A DNA stretch of 64,000 nucleotides from Phoronis australis (Eukaryota; Animalia; Phoronida), in the NCBI GenBank assembly GCA_002633005.1, contig NMRA01000058.1, forward strand, positions 629,188-693,187, in the 5' to 3' direction. The notes beneath the pieces were generated by a model. The model was given only the letters and a program-made list of their open reading frames with translations, did not search any database and was not told the DNA's origin. Made by a program: the position numbers and the translations under genes. Positions 13,701-26,724 of this stretch are shown here, in pieces (the stretch's first letter is position 1; each line of letters begins with the position of its first letter).

Positions 13701-16700
13701 TAATTCTCCACAACCCCTTCTCGCGACATGCGTTTTTCCACTGTTAAATGACATGCCCAAAACTAGCTCATTTCAAACGCTTTAGACTCGCTATTTCCTT
13801 GAAAGGCAAGCCTGTGATATTAAAATTTGACCTACAAAAACAACGTTTTAGGAAGCACAGTTTCCTCGCTACGTATCTTAAAACGTGCTAATGCACAATC
13901 TTCGAAAAATCGGAACCATGGTTGGAAATTCTGATCCATGTTTTACAGGAACCCCTGAGTATTTTCTGCTTTAGAGTCATCTGATTAATTTAGTGCAGCG
14001 CGGAAGTTCTCATGTTTAATATCTTAGCAAATAAGAGCTTCCTGCTCTGCAAGTGAAAGTCATCAGAAAACTGAAGTAAAGTAATTGTTTACTGTGAAAT
14101 AGGTTGAAGATAAGGACATGAAAACGTGACACGAAACTTGCGCCATCTTTGTATTTCTGCCCTAGAACCCTGAAGTAAACATTCACATACCGTACAATTA
14201 TTCCCGTCTCAAGTGTTTTGTTTAATTACCGCCGCCTAGTAAGGCTTTCTACTCATTAACGGGTGCAGTATTTGAATTCTGTTTAGGCCTATATCTGTAG
14301 ATGGTGGTAGTTGAATGTGCCAGCTATTATCTCGGTGTACTCACTAGTAGGTGTTTGGTACGCTAAAAGTAGAAGAGTAATTATGCTTTGTTTAGTCAGT
14401 AGAGAGACAAATATTTGTTGTAGCTGCACCCGTAATCCGGTTAGAATCTCTGCTAATAAACCTCGCTTCATCTGTTTATCACGCTGGCATCTAGAAAGGT
14501 TTTTTACTTATCGCTGTTTTGTAAAAAAAACGTTATGTCGTCAGAAATATAATGAAATGTTTGAGTAATTTCAAATTTTCCAACCGTGCATGAATGTAAA
14601 AACATGTCCGTCACGCAGAGATGGTGTGCACAACGTCAGTGCTCCGTGGCATTATAAACTTATTGATCTCATGTCAGGTGCGAAACCAGTATCTTGATCA
14701 AGGGTCCCGGCATAATGGTTAAACGTAGATTCCAGCAAAGCAAAAGTTTCCGATAGAGTATGCTTGCCCCTTGTATTCGCCGCGTAAAGTGAAGAGAATG
14801 TCATGAATGCTTGGTACTTCATTGCCTGCCCTTATAGCGATGCAATGGAGCTTTTCCAGTTATGTGAGAATCTGAACGTTGCAAAGTAGGCCTTGGGATG
14901 TTGTTCCACTGTAATGGCCCGTACCCTAAATGTATTGTACGTCATCTTTCTGGTCTAGTGACGTAACCTAATCTTCTATTCCCTCATTCGTCAGGTGTCG
15001 CTTACGGTCGTAATCGCTTGGTCAGAGCTATCTACGACGCTGGTTACGAGTACATGGTGATGTCGGATGACGACTATACGTTGAATCAGCATGACGATCT
15101 GCTGTTAATGGCACAAAGGTTGCTCTTAACTGGGGCAGACGTACTCGCTCCCATACGGTGTGACTATGGCCACTGCGAAAGGTGATCAATTAGAAACTGT
15201 TTTGGTAACAATCGTATTGTGTGATGACGAACGTGTGTATGGACAATATCTGCGTATCAAGTCATAACGTTTAGTGGTTAACTCCTGGTTTGTCGTAATA
15301 GGAATGTGGGTTGATATATTCCTGTCATAAAGACTCAACACTGAAAACTTTCTCGTCCCTTCAGTAAACCTGTGGCAGGTGTAATATCGCACTTATGGTA
15401 GTTCTATGTATTTCTAGCGCATTTATGATGGTTGACTGTTCACGTATTTTCGTAAAACATTTTAAGAAACTGTTTTTATTTTCAGGAGCAAAGGAACCAT
15501 CCACGTCAGCCACGATCGGCACGTGACCATTTTCCCGAACATTACAGTGTACCCTCCGGAGAAGATCGCCACGTGTCATCGCAGCGACATGGTCCAACAG
15601 TTCTTCATCTCGCGCACTAAAACCATTCTGGACGTAGGCTGGGATGACGTGCTGAAGAACAATGACCACTACGACTTTCTGTTCAATGCCAAGTCGCGTG
15701 GTCTCCGCCTAGTCACGTGCACGGACATTCATGTCATCCATGACAAGAAGACGTGCCAGTTAAAGTCGAAACATTTTCAGTCATATGTTGACACAAGGCA
15801 AGAGAGATGGTACAAGCTTCTCACCTACGTCTTTCAGAAGTGGTCTCTGCGAAAGATCACTGATGAGAGTGGAAAAGCGATCTGGCTTCAGCAGAATGGG
15901 TCAGCAGCTATGAAATTCGCTGATAAAACAGCTCTGAATCGGACGGACCCGCTCCACAGTTACTTCGTCTCGGCAGCTGTTAACAAGCTAAACGTCAGAG
16001 AGCCAGGGTGGACGTGGATTCGACCGTTTGACGAGAGTCGGAGAACGTATATTGTTTACAAGAAGCACCACGACTGCATTTATTACGTCGCGGGAAAAAT
16101 CGACGGCGAGTACGATCGTCACAAAGACTATCCTAACAAGAAGTTACTAGTTTCGTTTTCGATGTACCACTTCAATCGGTCGTGTCATCTGGCGGAAGAT
16201 TTGTGGACTATGAGGTATTACGGCAGAGAGGCAAGGCGTCATGTCTATTACGTAGTGTCGGTTGCCAACGACCTGATGCACCTACGACGTTTGCTGAAAT
16301 TCTTCCAGAAAGACCAAGACAGTGCTGATAGTTCGCTTATTATCGTCGACATGGGAGGCGCTAATTCGCGGATTCAGCAATCTTTAATCAATTCAGAAAT
16401 GCCTGTTCATTTGGTGTACTTAGGTCCGCCATTTTCACGCAGCATTGGTTTAAAGAAGGGGATGGAGTTGGCGACATCTCTCGCCAGGAAAGCCGGTCAC
16501 GAGGACGCGATAGGATTCGCAATTGACACTTCCATTGTCATTCCGAAGAACTTCAGCGACATCATCCGCCGCAATGTCAAATGCGGCATCTCTGCGTACG
16601 CCCCAATCTGCTATAAGTTTAAAGAGGACTCGGACGGGTATTGGGTGAACACGGGTTATGGTATGATATCAATGTGTTTAAAAGACTATCACGCGGCTGG

Positions 16701-17121
16701 CGGTTACGATGACCGTTGGGGTTACAAATGGGGAGCGGAAGATGTAGATCTATGCAATAGGTTGAAAAGTAATGCAAAGCTGCCTTACATTTCTCGCCCT
16801 CAACAAGAGGGTTTTTATCATATTCACAGTGGAAACACAAGGAAAACTTACAAAGGTTACTATACCAAGAAAAATATGTACGACAAACCTTTACCAGTGA
16901 CGCCACTAACTACGGCAATACCGGAAGCGGGTTTAGAAACCAGAGTGGCAAACTTCGCGAGATCTCGTTTAGAGGAAAAATTTCGGGAAATGAATCTAGA
17001 ATTTCTTCATGCACAACAGACACACGTCAATAATGGCGATGACATTTGGTACGATGTGAGATTTCATGACAGGAAAAATGGAGAAAACTATTTTGCAATA
17101 ATAGCAAGCGTGCTGTCATGA
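10701..17121 (+). CDS. Type II membrane two-domain glycosyltransferase (GT12 B4GALNT1/2-like plus GT7 B4GALNT3/4-like), about 806 aa, 4 coding exons
   Basis: Exons 10701-10759, 13147-13685, 14995-15181, 15486-17121, all GT-AG, phases 2/1/2 consistent, 2421 nt. Basic N-tail plus TM (RKRVVLTIVAILAATCCFVQVYLL). GT12-like motifs: IKTFNRPDCLRLTVKSFRTFYPEIAIFVADDS, GVAYGRN, VMSDDDY, FFISRT..ILDVGWD, HYDF. GT7-like motifs: FSRSIGL, AYAP, GYWVNTGYGM, GGYD, KWGAEDVDL, FYHIH. Confidence 0.88.
10997..11418. mobile_element. PIF/Harbinger-like MITE in glycosyltransferase intron
   Basis: Termini TGGCCGGTTGC / GCAACCGGGCA, subterminal inverted TAGGGACTCA(A/G)CTAAG, flanked by a CTG...CTG 3-bp duplication. 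Related pieces near 20800, 57330 and 60600. Confidence 0.65.
11690..12715. mobile_element. Non-autonomous fold-back DNA element (approximate ends)
   Basis: Internal inverted segments: TTAGAAAATTGTAGCAGCG near 11866 against CGCTGCTACAGTTTTCTAA near 12566, and CGGAACATCAT near 11706 against ATGGTGTTCCG near 12691. Similar sequence near 7720-7920 and 33040. Confidence 0.45.
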
Positions 17122-20115
17122 CAACAGTTTAATTTATTAAACATGTTTCTCTCTCCGATAACATATATTTTATTGGTGCTTATATCGTAACATTGTCATG
17201 TTGAAAGCGTCGAGGACCTTTTCGAATCGTTATCCCAATGTTTCATCTGATATCAAAAGCTAGTCATTGTCGAATTGGAGAATGTATTTTTTTACGTGCT
17301 GAGAAGAAACTGCAAGTGTTTTAGCCACTCTGTCACCCTGCAGACTGACCCTGTGGAAAATTTTGAAATGCAAATTTCATATGACGTATTCCAAACCCTG
17401 AAATAAGTTGCTCAGAAGTTGTATTTTGCCATGTTTAGCTGTTAATTTGTATCGTGGTATTGTTTACAATGATAACATTCCATTTCCACAACCAAACCAT
17501 CAGCGTCTCGAAAAAACGCTTCAGAAATTATTCGGGTTGGCCCTTAAAATTGCGAATTTGAAAATGACGCGAGCACGCATTGAGTGACATGAAGTGGTAA
17601 CGGAAATTTTCGTTAGTTTAGAACTCATAATGATAGGAGCGTTGACAGTTCAAAGTTATTACAAAAATACTGTGGAAATGTTTCAAAAGCGTGGTGCCTG
17701 CAACTCCGAACGCTATAAATTCTTTGTTGCAACGCCAGTAAATGCGAATTTTTCACTTTAGCCGAACTCTGTCAATTTCGAAAGAATATCGAAAGGGCAT
17801 CATTTGGAAATACGTTTTCAGTAAATGTTTGACTGAAGCCATTTAAGTAGAGTAACGTTAAATAGTTTATATGATAGCATTTCGGGGAATAATATTAATA
17901 TAAAGTAAATACTCAATAACTTTGTGTTGCTCAAGGGTATCATAGTCCGATATTTGCACTTCAATCGTTTGGTTTTAAGCTTAACATTTTGACAGTGATA
18001 ACTTACTTGACCAACCTGGACAACTGTATTAAGTGGAGCAAATTACAACTTTCGGTGCTTCACGTGCTCTCTGAATGTTTGAACCATTTGATGTCAATTG
18101 AGTTCTGTATTTGTCAACGCAACCCGATTTGCTCACCAGGATTTGAAATTAGGGCTGGCGGAAGTCGGTTTCATGCTCTCAAAACGCTAAAGAGTTGTAT
18201 GTCGGACGTTCCCTATTGATCACTGAAGGCTTATATTATATGAAACGAAACATTTGAACTGCAACTATTGTAGATATGCTCTCGATCAATACGAAGTTCC
18301 TGATTATTTTTCATCACCAAATATTTTAGTCTTTATGTAGTAAGGATGCGGTTGCTCTTCTACCCGACCTGATGTTTATGCGAAACCACTGAAATGTGTT
18401 TATGTCGTCGTTTATATATTTATTTGCAAATATTTTGTGACAGTCAGATACTTTTAAATATGTTTTTATGTTATGTTATGTTATTTTATTTGACTTTTTA
18501 TAGATTTATTTATGAACATCTGAGGTATGTACTGGTCTATGTGAATGCTTTTGAGTAATAAAGAAATGAAGCATACATAAGTCGTTCTTCCTTACGCAGA
18601 TTGTTGCATTGCATACAGCAGATGTTCTACACGAAAACAACCCTGATAATTAATCTTATCCACTATTTTCAAGCTTGTATATTTTATATTCAATGATATA
18701 TTCTATGCGAATATTTTCAATTCCATTTCCTTGTAACAAATTCACATTTGCAGTGCCATCGCTATAAGGTTTACAATCCATTCAATTCTTTATTTCTCAA
18801 GTGGAAGAATGATTTGAAAAGAAGTCCCAGTTGATCAGTTGTTGCGTCCATGCAATTTAATCTCTAGCGCTCAATCGGAAGTATAATGTCCTCAGGGTAG
18901 AATACCTTAACTTAACTAGAAAAGTTTTTGTTATATGCGAGTGTCATCTAACTGTGTTCAGTCGGAAATGGGTTAGATAACGCTTTTATTACTACCTTCA
19001 AACCTGTCATTAATTACTCTGGCTGTAACATGGTATTTTGGTTAAAAAACCATAATTCTAAATATAAGTATATATATATAAGACCACCGCTCATGACTCT
19101 ATGTTTTGAATAAGACAATCAATTCGAGTAACAGAAATAGCACAGCAATGTGAGGTTAAGTTCAAACCGCATTGTGTGGTTTCTAACGTGGTGAAAAGTT
19201 TCTTTTTTATAAATAGGCGTGATATTACTTTACACACAATGGAATTATGTTCAGGAACGTGATCGTGACACCTCGTACCAATTCGCTGATCCGTGCCTAG
19301 CAGCCACATGTGTATATTCCAAACGGAGTGGCATACATCTTTTGTCAATTTCTGAATGGTTACAGGAGTGTTCTGTTTTGTAAAGACTTGGCACACCCTG
19401 TTGTCAAAACACACCTTGTCGAAAATACCTACCGTTAGTACCGCCATCTATTGTTGTTTTGTAGGCATTATCTATAAAGTTTGCGTGGTCATGATATCGC
19501 TTTGCCTTCTGCAATACATAAACCGTCATTAATAAAATGTCTGAGTCGTGACTACAGTCATTAGTAGGTTATTGTCGGCCCATATTCACTGTAGCATAAT
19601 ACACACATTACGGATCTTATACATCGTCTTTTCTTTTACCCGAGCTACTTGCAAGTACTTCACCGTCCAGATTTGAACTGTTACATTTTCAAAATTCATT
19701 CTTTAAAGTGTAGGTCACATGTACAGAACGTAACCTTTTCTATATTGAAAGTCTTTCTACTTGAAGTTTGTGATTAGAACATTTATTTTAGAATTTCAAC
19801 AAGTATCCAGCTAGTGACCGTGAATCTTTCAGCTAAACCAGTCAATGAATTCCGTTCAGGTCACATTGATCATGTGTACAGCTGAGAAGTGATGACTCGC
19901 TGGATTAGAAAACAAAGGTTCAACTTTAAGCAATGATTTTAAAATATCATGGTATTGCGTGGAGTTTTTACTCTACTCGTCAGTATAATTAATATTATTA
20001 TGTGCGAGCTTCAACTATTTTATTGAAGGTACTACTTAGCACTTTTAAGACTTAAAAGTCTTACTTAAAACGTGTTTATTCATTTCTGACACTGTCTGTA
20101 ACTCTAAACAGGTTA

Positions 20116-22053
20116 TCATTTTTTATTGTGAAGTGATTGCCAACTTAGACGTTCGAAAATCAGCGCAGCGAATATTGTGCCATCGTCGATTGATAATTGA
20201 GTGAGCGGACCCGGGAGTGACAATTTCCTTTCTAAAACCTTGCCTCCGTCATCAATGGGAGTACCTGAATAGCTAGGACCACCGGTGTAACTACTCCCAC
20301 CTGAAAAGCGAGCAAACAAAATTGCTCCGCCTAAATATTGACCTAAATCGCGTCCATTGACGAATGGGTACACCATACAGCTGTATTAACCAAACGAAGA
20401 TGGGTAAATGAATGGTGACGTTTCAGTCCGAGTTTCGTGAAATTATGTCTATTACAAACTGTTGTCGTTATGTCATCAGAGGACGACAGTTACAAGTCAA
20501 AGGAAATTTACAGGATATCCAGCTTATGATTACTGCGGTAATCTTGTGCCTTCATCGAAGTGCCCGACACTAGCGGATTAGGTAAGACCCGAAATATACC
20601 GAGTCTGTGATTAAGCGTATAGGTACGGCTAAACACGTAAATATGCCTTCATTCGTCATAAGGCTATGGAAACGTCTTCTCTAACGCAATTAACAAACAA
20701 AAATAGTCAACCACTCATATAATCCGACAAGATGTTCCTCACTTCATATATGTTTTTCAATACGTGTACACTCAACGTGCCTTGAAAGTTTGGTAGGCCA
20801 TAGTTGAAACAGTCCCAAAAACCGGCTATGGGTGAGAAAATCGCTACCCAACATCAGGCTATGTGCCCTACAAATCAATGTGGAAAGACAGATCTGAATG
20901 ATCGACTATCGTATGAAAGGGGCTAGCACAATAAAACATCTTACAGTTCTCTACGTACAAGGCCTGCTCCGGTGAAAACAAAAGTAGTCGAGAGATTTCC
21001 CTTGAGGGATGACTTGAAAAGTTATTGGGTAGTTCGAGAGACGGAATCAGCAAGGCAAGTGAACTCATTGTGAGATATCTCCTACAAATTTCATGAACTA
21101 GCGAGGAGAGTAAACAACTTAAAATGTCAATTCAGAATTCCTTAATATTTGTGTTGTCACAAATTGTCCGGATAAGACTATGTAGTACGACTGGCTGGCC
21201 TCTCGAAGCCATAATTGTGGGGTACATGTGCAAGAACGTAGGGTAAAGCTACGGGCGATGTTCATCGCTTGTTTCAGCAGCTCGAGAAGCCGGCCTGCAT
21301 ATGAAGGTTAGGATTAATTTCCAAGGTTGGTCTGAAGCTAAGGCCGGCTTCCCGTTCAGTAACACTAGGACCTCGCTAAAAAGCAAGACTTCGCGAGATT
21401 ACGTGAGATATTGCCGTGCATTTTAAATGAGAACACATGACTTTGACTAGGTTTTAGCTAGGTCCTAGCATAGGTTCTAGTGTCTACCTAACGCACGCCG
21501 GGTCTCAAACTTTTGATCATTTTTTCTTATGTTTGTTTGATTGTGTGTTTGTACGTGAAGTCCAGACGTTAATTAAGTGTGTTAATCCTATGGTAATTTA
21601 TTGCAGTATATTCAAATCAGTTGAATCGACCCAATTGGGCGAAGAAAGTAAAAGCTAGGACCAATATCTCAAATTACTCCCAGGTAAAAGGGAACCTCAC
21701 ATTTTGACCATTCCTGTGACCATGCGCCTTACTGCCACTTGGATGGTCACAGAACTGGTTCGTAATATTGGCAGGGGCAATGAACTAATCTAGCTCATTG
21801 GCTAAGGCCAACAAAAGATTTGCCCTGAACGTCAGAAGCCAATTATCAATATTACGCAATCCCAGGGAACCCACCGTGAATTGTCGACATTGAAATTCTT
21901 GGTGTTATTGTTTGGTAGAGTTGTATTGTCTCAGGCTGTAATTTAACCTCACTTGGTGTAAAATGAGTCAAAGGCCTGGTTGAAAATGCTGACTGGTATG
22001 TCACTTTAAATGTATTCTTATCATCATAACTATTCTGAGCTAGGACCAAGTAA
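20116..22053 (-). CDS. Putative 3' exons of an unidentified gene (5' end unresolved)
   Basis: Exons 22053-21856, 21081-20945, 20300-20116 have AG/GT boundaries with compatible phases (2/1) and read open to TGA: YLVLAQNSYDDK...GFPGIA-RYLTMSSLALLIP...QALYVEN-CGSSYTGG...LHNKK. No recognised domain. Confidence 0.33.
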
Positions 22054-22119
22054 CTGTTTAATGGGCCCAAGGACAAAGACAAATAATAGTGCCGTTCCCG
22101 ATTACACAGCGACACTGGA

Positions 22120-22672
22120 AGCTCGCTGGTTCGATTCCTACGTGCCGCTAGGTGGTAGCCAGCACGCAGGTAGCAGGCAGTAGCACGCGCTTTATCATTG
22201 GTTGATGTAACCTCGACAGTCATTCGTTAGCTTTACAACAAAGTTGAGAAAATGGTGGACTATGAACGATTAGCCTTGTCATGCAAGTGGCGTAGCAGCA
22301 ACTATTTCGTTTCAGCAGTGATGTTTAATAGCCGCGTTCTTGAAGCACATACATGTACAATAAACACATATCTGGCCGATTTAACTAGTGTGTTATTCAT
22401 ACTGTACTAATACAGGACAGTAACGTAAACAAAAGTCAGCGACAGTAGAAAGATGCACTCCGAAAAGGCGCAACCACAATATTCTGCGATTCACATTTCT
22501 TGAACATGAATTTTAAGCACCGATTTGTCTGTACAGCAGACAGCGTATACACTTCCTCCATCAATCACGCCATTTTGTTTGCGTAAAGCGCTGCCTATTG
22601 AGAATTCGACCAGCCAATCAGACACCTGCGTGCTGGCTACCACCTAGCGGCACGCAGGGAACCAGCGAGCAC
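22120..22672. mobile_element. MITE-like element with about 50-bp inverted ends
   Basis: GCTCGCTGGTTC..CGTGCCGCTAGGTGGTAGCCAGCACGCAGGT (22121-22171) is the reverse complement of 22624-22670. Confidence 0.6.
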
Positions 22673-25600
22673 TCGAAGCTCGTTGTTGTTACTCACGATA
22701 CCCCGATATCCGCAAAGCACTTCTGCAGCTTCGTTTTCACGTCATTTGAGTTACACCCGCTCTTTGTCGTTGTCGTGTTCTCTACATTATTTTTTCTCTA
22801 CTGCATTTCTCTATTCCCCACACGTCAAAACCACTCAGTAGCAGAAGAACCGTCATAAGGTTACACTCCACGTACAGGCCTAATGTCTGCGCAGGTGCAG
22901 TATAGCGCAGCACTGACGCAAATCTGTACACTTGGCTTCGTATTAGCTGCCAAGAATTTGTTTTGCACTCCAATTAATTGACTGATAATAGAATAATCAC
23001 GAAGTAACAATAATTTTTTAATCTGCAACCTGGTCTTTTAAAATGCGGAAATGAGCTTTAAACAGAGTACTTTGTAGTAAACTCACAAAGATTCGAAATG
23101 ACGGTATGAAAACCGTCATCAGAGTTTTACTCTGCATCAAGTCGACTGCTTCTTCATAGAAACGAGAATTTCGCAAGAAACGCAAGACTTCACGAGATAC
23201 CGCCATGTATCATTGCAAGCAAAGTAGGTGATCACACTAGCTTCTTTCGCCAGATGGTTGCGTCTACGGAACTCAACCCCGATGGGCGACCACTCCAAGC
23301 GGCAGCACAGGTGGCTCTAGTTCGAGAGTGTAACTGGATTTTTGCAGTTGAAATATCAACTCTAAGCCAAGCCCTATAGACTAAATTGTACTCTTGGCAT
23401 CCATCATCAGTTGTGTGATCGGTTCCCGATACAAATCATTTCCAACCATTAAATTCACATGTTGGTGCTTACGAAACGGCATTGGTCTCGTTGTCTTCCT
23501 AAACTTAGTACGACGCTATGAAAAATTATAATCACATTCTTCTTCAAGAACTGTGAATACCGGCACCTCTAAGTTAAAGTTTAGTTTCATGGATTGACAG
23601 GATTTGCCGACGGAACCGGCTTTTCTACTAAAGGATGAAACAGCTGTGAAGCATAGACAATCGTGTGATTATAAGTCCGCTCCCATTCGTCATATTACAC
23701 ATCCATTTAGTACACATGCTATTACTTCAACATGTAGCTTACTGTTTTGTTTTATGTCTTCACCGTCCAATGTTGACCTAACGACAACCCTGCAGTAGAA
23801 ATGGTCGTTACTCACGAGTGCTCGGCCAGGACGTTATCTTGGCAAACACTATAAATTCGTCAAGAATCATATCAAGCACTGGGGGCTTGGTAATTCCTGG
23901 ATTTTCGATTCAGCGTTCTACGCAATGTATTAAATAGAGACAAGAACACTGATACAGCAAAGACCACAAGAGGCAAGTCGCGTTTGATGTCTTACTCGCA
24001 TCGCCTTCTCCATATTGCCATCCTGGGATCAAATGGAACGCTCAATGTCTGTGTTTGGTACCCGTTTGGAGTCAACACTCACGACTAGTTGAACTCGGTC
24101 TTTTTATTCATATGTTACCCTCGCTTGCCGAGGGAAGAAAAATGTACATTGCTTTTTGTAAACCGTTGATTTTCTCAGCTGTAAAAATTGAGATCGCCAA
24201 TGCAATGACACCTTGTAGCTGAAAACTAAAAAAAACAGTGAGTGCGTTACTACATGTGCACGGTAGGCATCGGCTGTAAATTACACTATCGGAACAGAGA
24301 GGAATGAAGACTGCGCGGAATGGGGGTTCACGGAAGACGGCTAAACCGAGAGGTTTGGCTACGAAGTTGTGGTACAAGGTATGAGCTAGTGTGAGAGATA
24401 CATGTAGCGAATAAGTGACATCCAACTTGTTTTTATCATATTTTGTAATCGGAGCGTCGTCTGACCTTTTGTCCCATAACACACGCCCAGGTAAACATGT
24501 ACATTAAAAGGGTGAGCGAAGACGTGAAACGTATAGGAAATCTATCACCCGTGGAAAAGCATGGGACGACATGAGATGAGTGACCTTTTTAAATGGGGTA
24601 AAGTGAGTGCTAAAGTACGAAAATCTTCAAACGTCGACAGCGAACTGGAAGTTTAACGCCCGGTAGAATTGTAAATTTGACTGTCTCTTGTTTTACAGTA
24701 CAGCGCCACCGCATATATGACGGTGTATGACATATGGTATTTCAATGTCGAACCACCGCAATTTGGGTACTGATTTTATAGATGCATTGTAAACCAGTCT
24801 TGGCCTCAGTCAAAGTGTGCGTACTTACGGTAAAATGTACGTGACGTTCTGCTCAGATGGGTGAAGTTTTCATAGAAATGTGTCTTTTTCGATTGCATTT
24901 TTACGAATGACCGTTCACGTTTGGGTTTGGGACTTTACAAAAGGGTTTGTTTTTGCAAGGAGAACTCAACAGAAGGGTTTTGTATTTTAAAGAGGATTAT
25001 TGCCTTAAAAACACGGGCAAGATCGTCTTTATTCAATTTTACTATATATTGTACGCCTATGTATTCTACGAATCAAGCGGTGCAAACTTCCAATTACTGC
25101 TACGAAATCGTTTGTATGTGGAATTTAGATTTGTGAGTACACAGGCTAAACCTATGACGTCTGTCAAGTTCATTGTTTGAAATAAGACGAGCGTAAACGT
25201 TTAGAAAATCACGTTACTGTTACCGTTTCTTTAACACTGGAGTTGTCGAAAAGATGTTGAGTTCAAACCAGCTCCGGTGTTGAAACCTAATAACCTCAAT
25301 CGTTTTCGCAAACAATCTTCACTGCAACTTCCCAAAGGTCTTGATGGAAACCAATGTTTACTTATAACTTTTCTTGAGACACTGGCTAAACATCGACGTG
25401 CAAGTAACTTTACGCTATAACAGTACTCGTGGAGTGGTTTGGGAAAGAGAGGACAAGAATGCCTGCACGTGCTTGAGTTTGATTAAAATTCTCAACGAGC
25501 TGGTGAAAGTAATTCACTACACACGTATGATGTGCTTACTTGTCTCGACAAGTTATATTAGCTTCGTACTACCCTCGTTACACTGAAGTTGGTTAGGATT

Positions 25601-26724
25601 CCCGGTTCCAGAGCTATGTACATGTAGATCGTCTTATGTAGCGCTGTCAACGTAGATGTTTGTGCCACTTAAAGTCTGCGGAGATTTCATCCAAAGATAG
25701 TATACAGCGAGTTTTCGTGACTGCATATTTTTTCGAAAACTTCTTATTACAAAAATTAGTGCAGTTAGCAGAAAGTATTTGCAAGTACCAGTGTAATGGA
25801 CGAAGAAAATACATGTTTGTAACAAGCTGTATTTTGTTTCAGTTTAATAAGCGTTGCTTCTGTGAAGCAAGACTGGTCACGATGGCAACATGCAGACGTA
25901 CGTACGTATGGTTAAAGTACGTAATACTACAAGGTAAGCGTACGTATACTATAATATTTCTTGCTCGATACTACAGTTCCCGAATGGAGGAACAGTGCAG
26001 TATCTAGACTTGCACACTATCATAGAACCATCTCTGGCATAGATTCACTTAGCCTTGTTTCAGCGTCCAGCATACACTTAGCCTCGTGCAAGCCAAAAGT
26101 TCAGGAGTCCACGGTTTCGTCCATCATTTTTGAATGTGTATCATGGTAGATTAAACCAAGCACTTCACTAGCGTCTCAGTGTAAGTGAACAAGAGAGTAA
26201 GACCTGTTCAATGTATTGTTTTTCGAAAAATATCTATTTGATTGTCAAATGGTTGCAATTTTGCCGTATTGACAACATATCAAGATTTCGCAAACATTTT
26301 TAAGCCTTAATCTAAAATATTCTGTGTCGAAACAAACCAGCAGCATTCACGTACTGATTGCATAAATGCATCATCAAACGTTGCTTTCGCCATCTTCTCC
26401 ATTTTAAGATAATTCGGAATTTTACTTTTCGGGCTCCACAGAGCGCACTCTAAAAATCGGCTTGTTCACCCTACGCTGTGCTCCATCACGAGAGTGTGCA
26501 TGCACTCAACATGTTCAACTCGAATCCGTGTACTCGTGAAAACAATCAAGTTCTTGGATTCCTTATTTGGAACGTCGTTGATACTCGGACAATTAGGTTA
26601 TGAATGTGTTGCCGTTCGCCAGCGGACATGAACAAGGAATGATAATTATCTTTGAGATGAGGGGACCGTTCTGTGCTTGTTGAGAGGGACATCCTTCGTC
26701 GCTCAGTTACTTGACGTCATTTTT

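Noticed and set aside
16619-16906. Antisense ORFs over real exons (also 15361-15669, 49071-49259, 52116-52489, 58274-58549)
   Set aside because: Shadow ORFs opposite well-supported coding exons.
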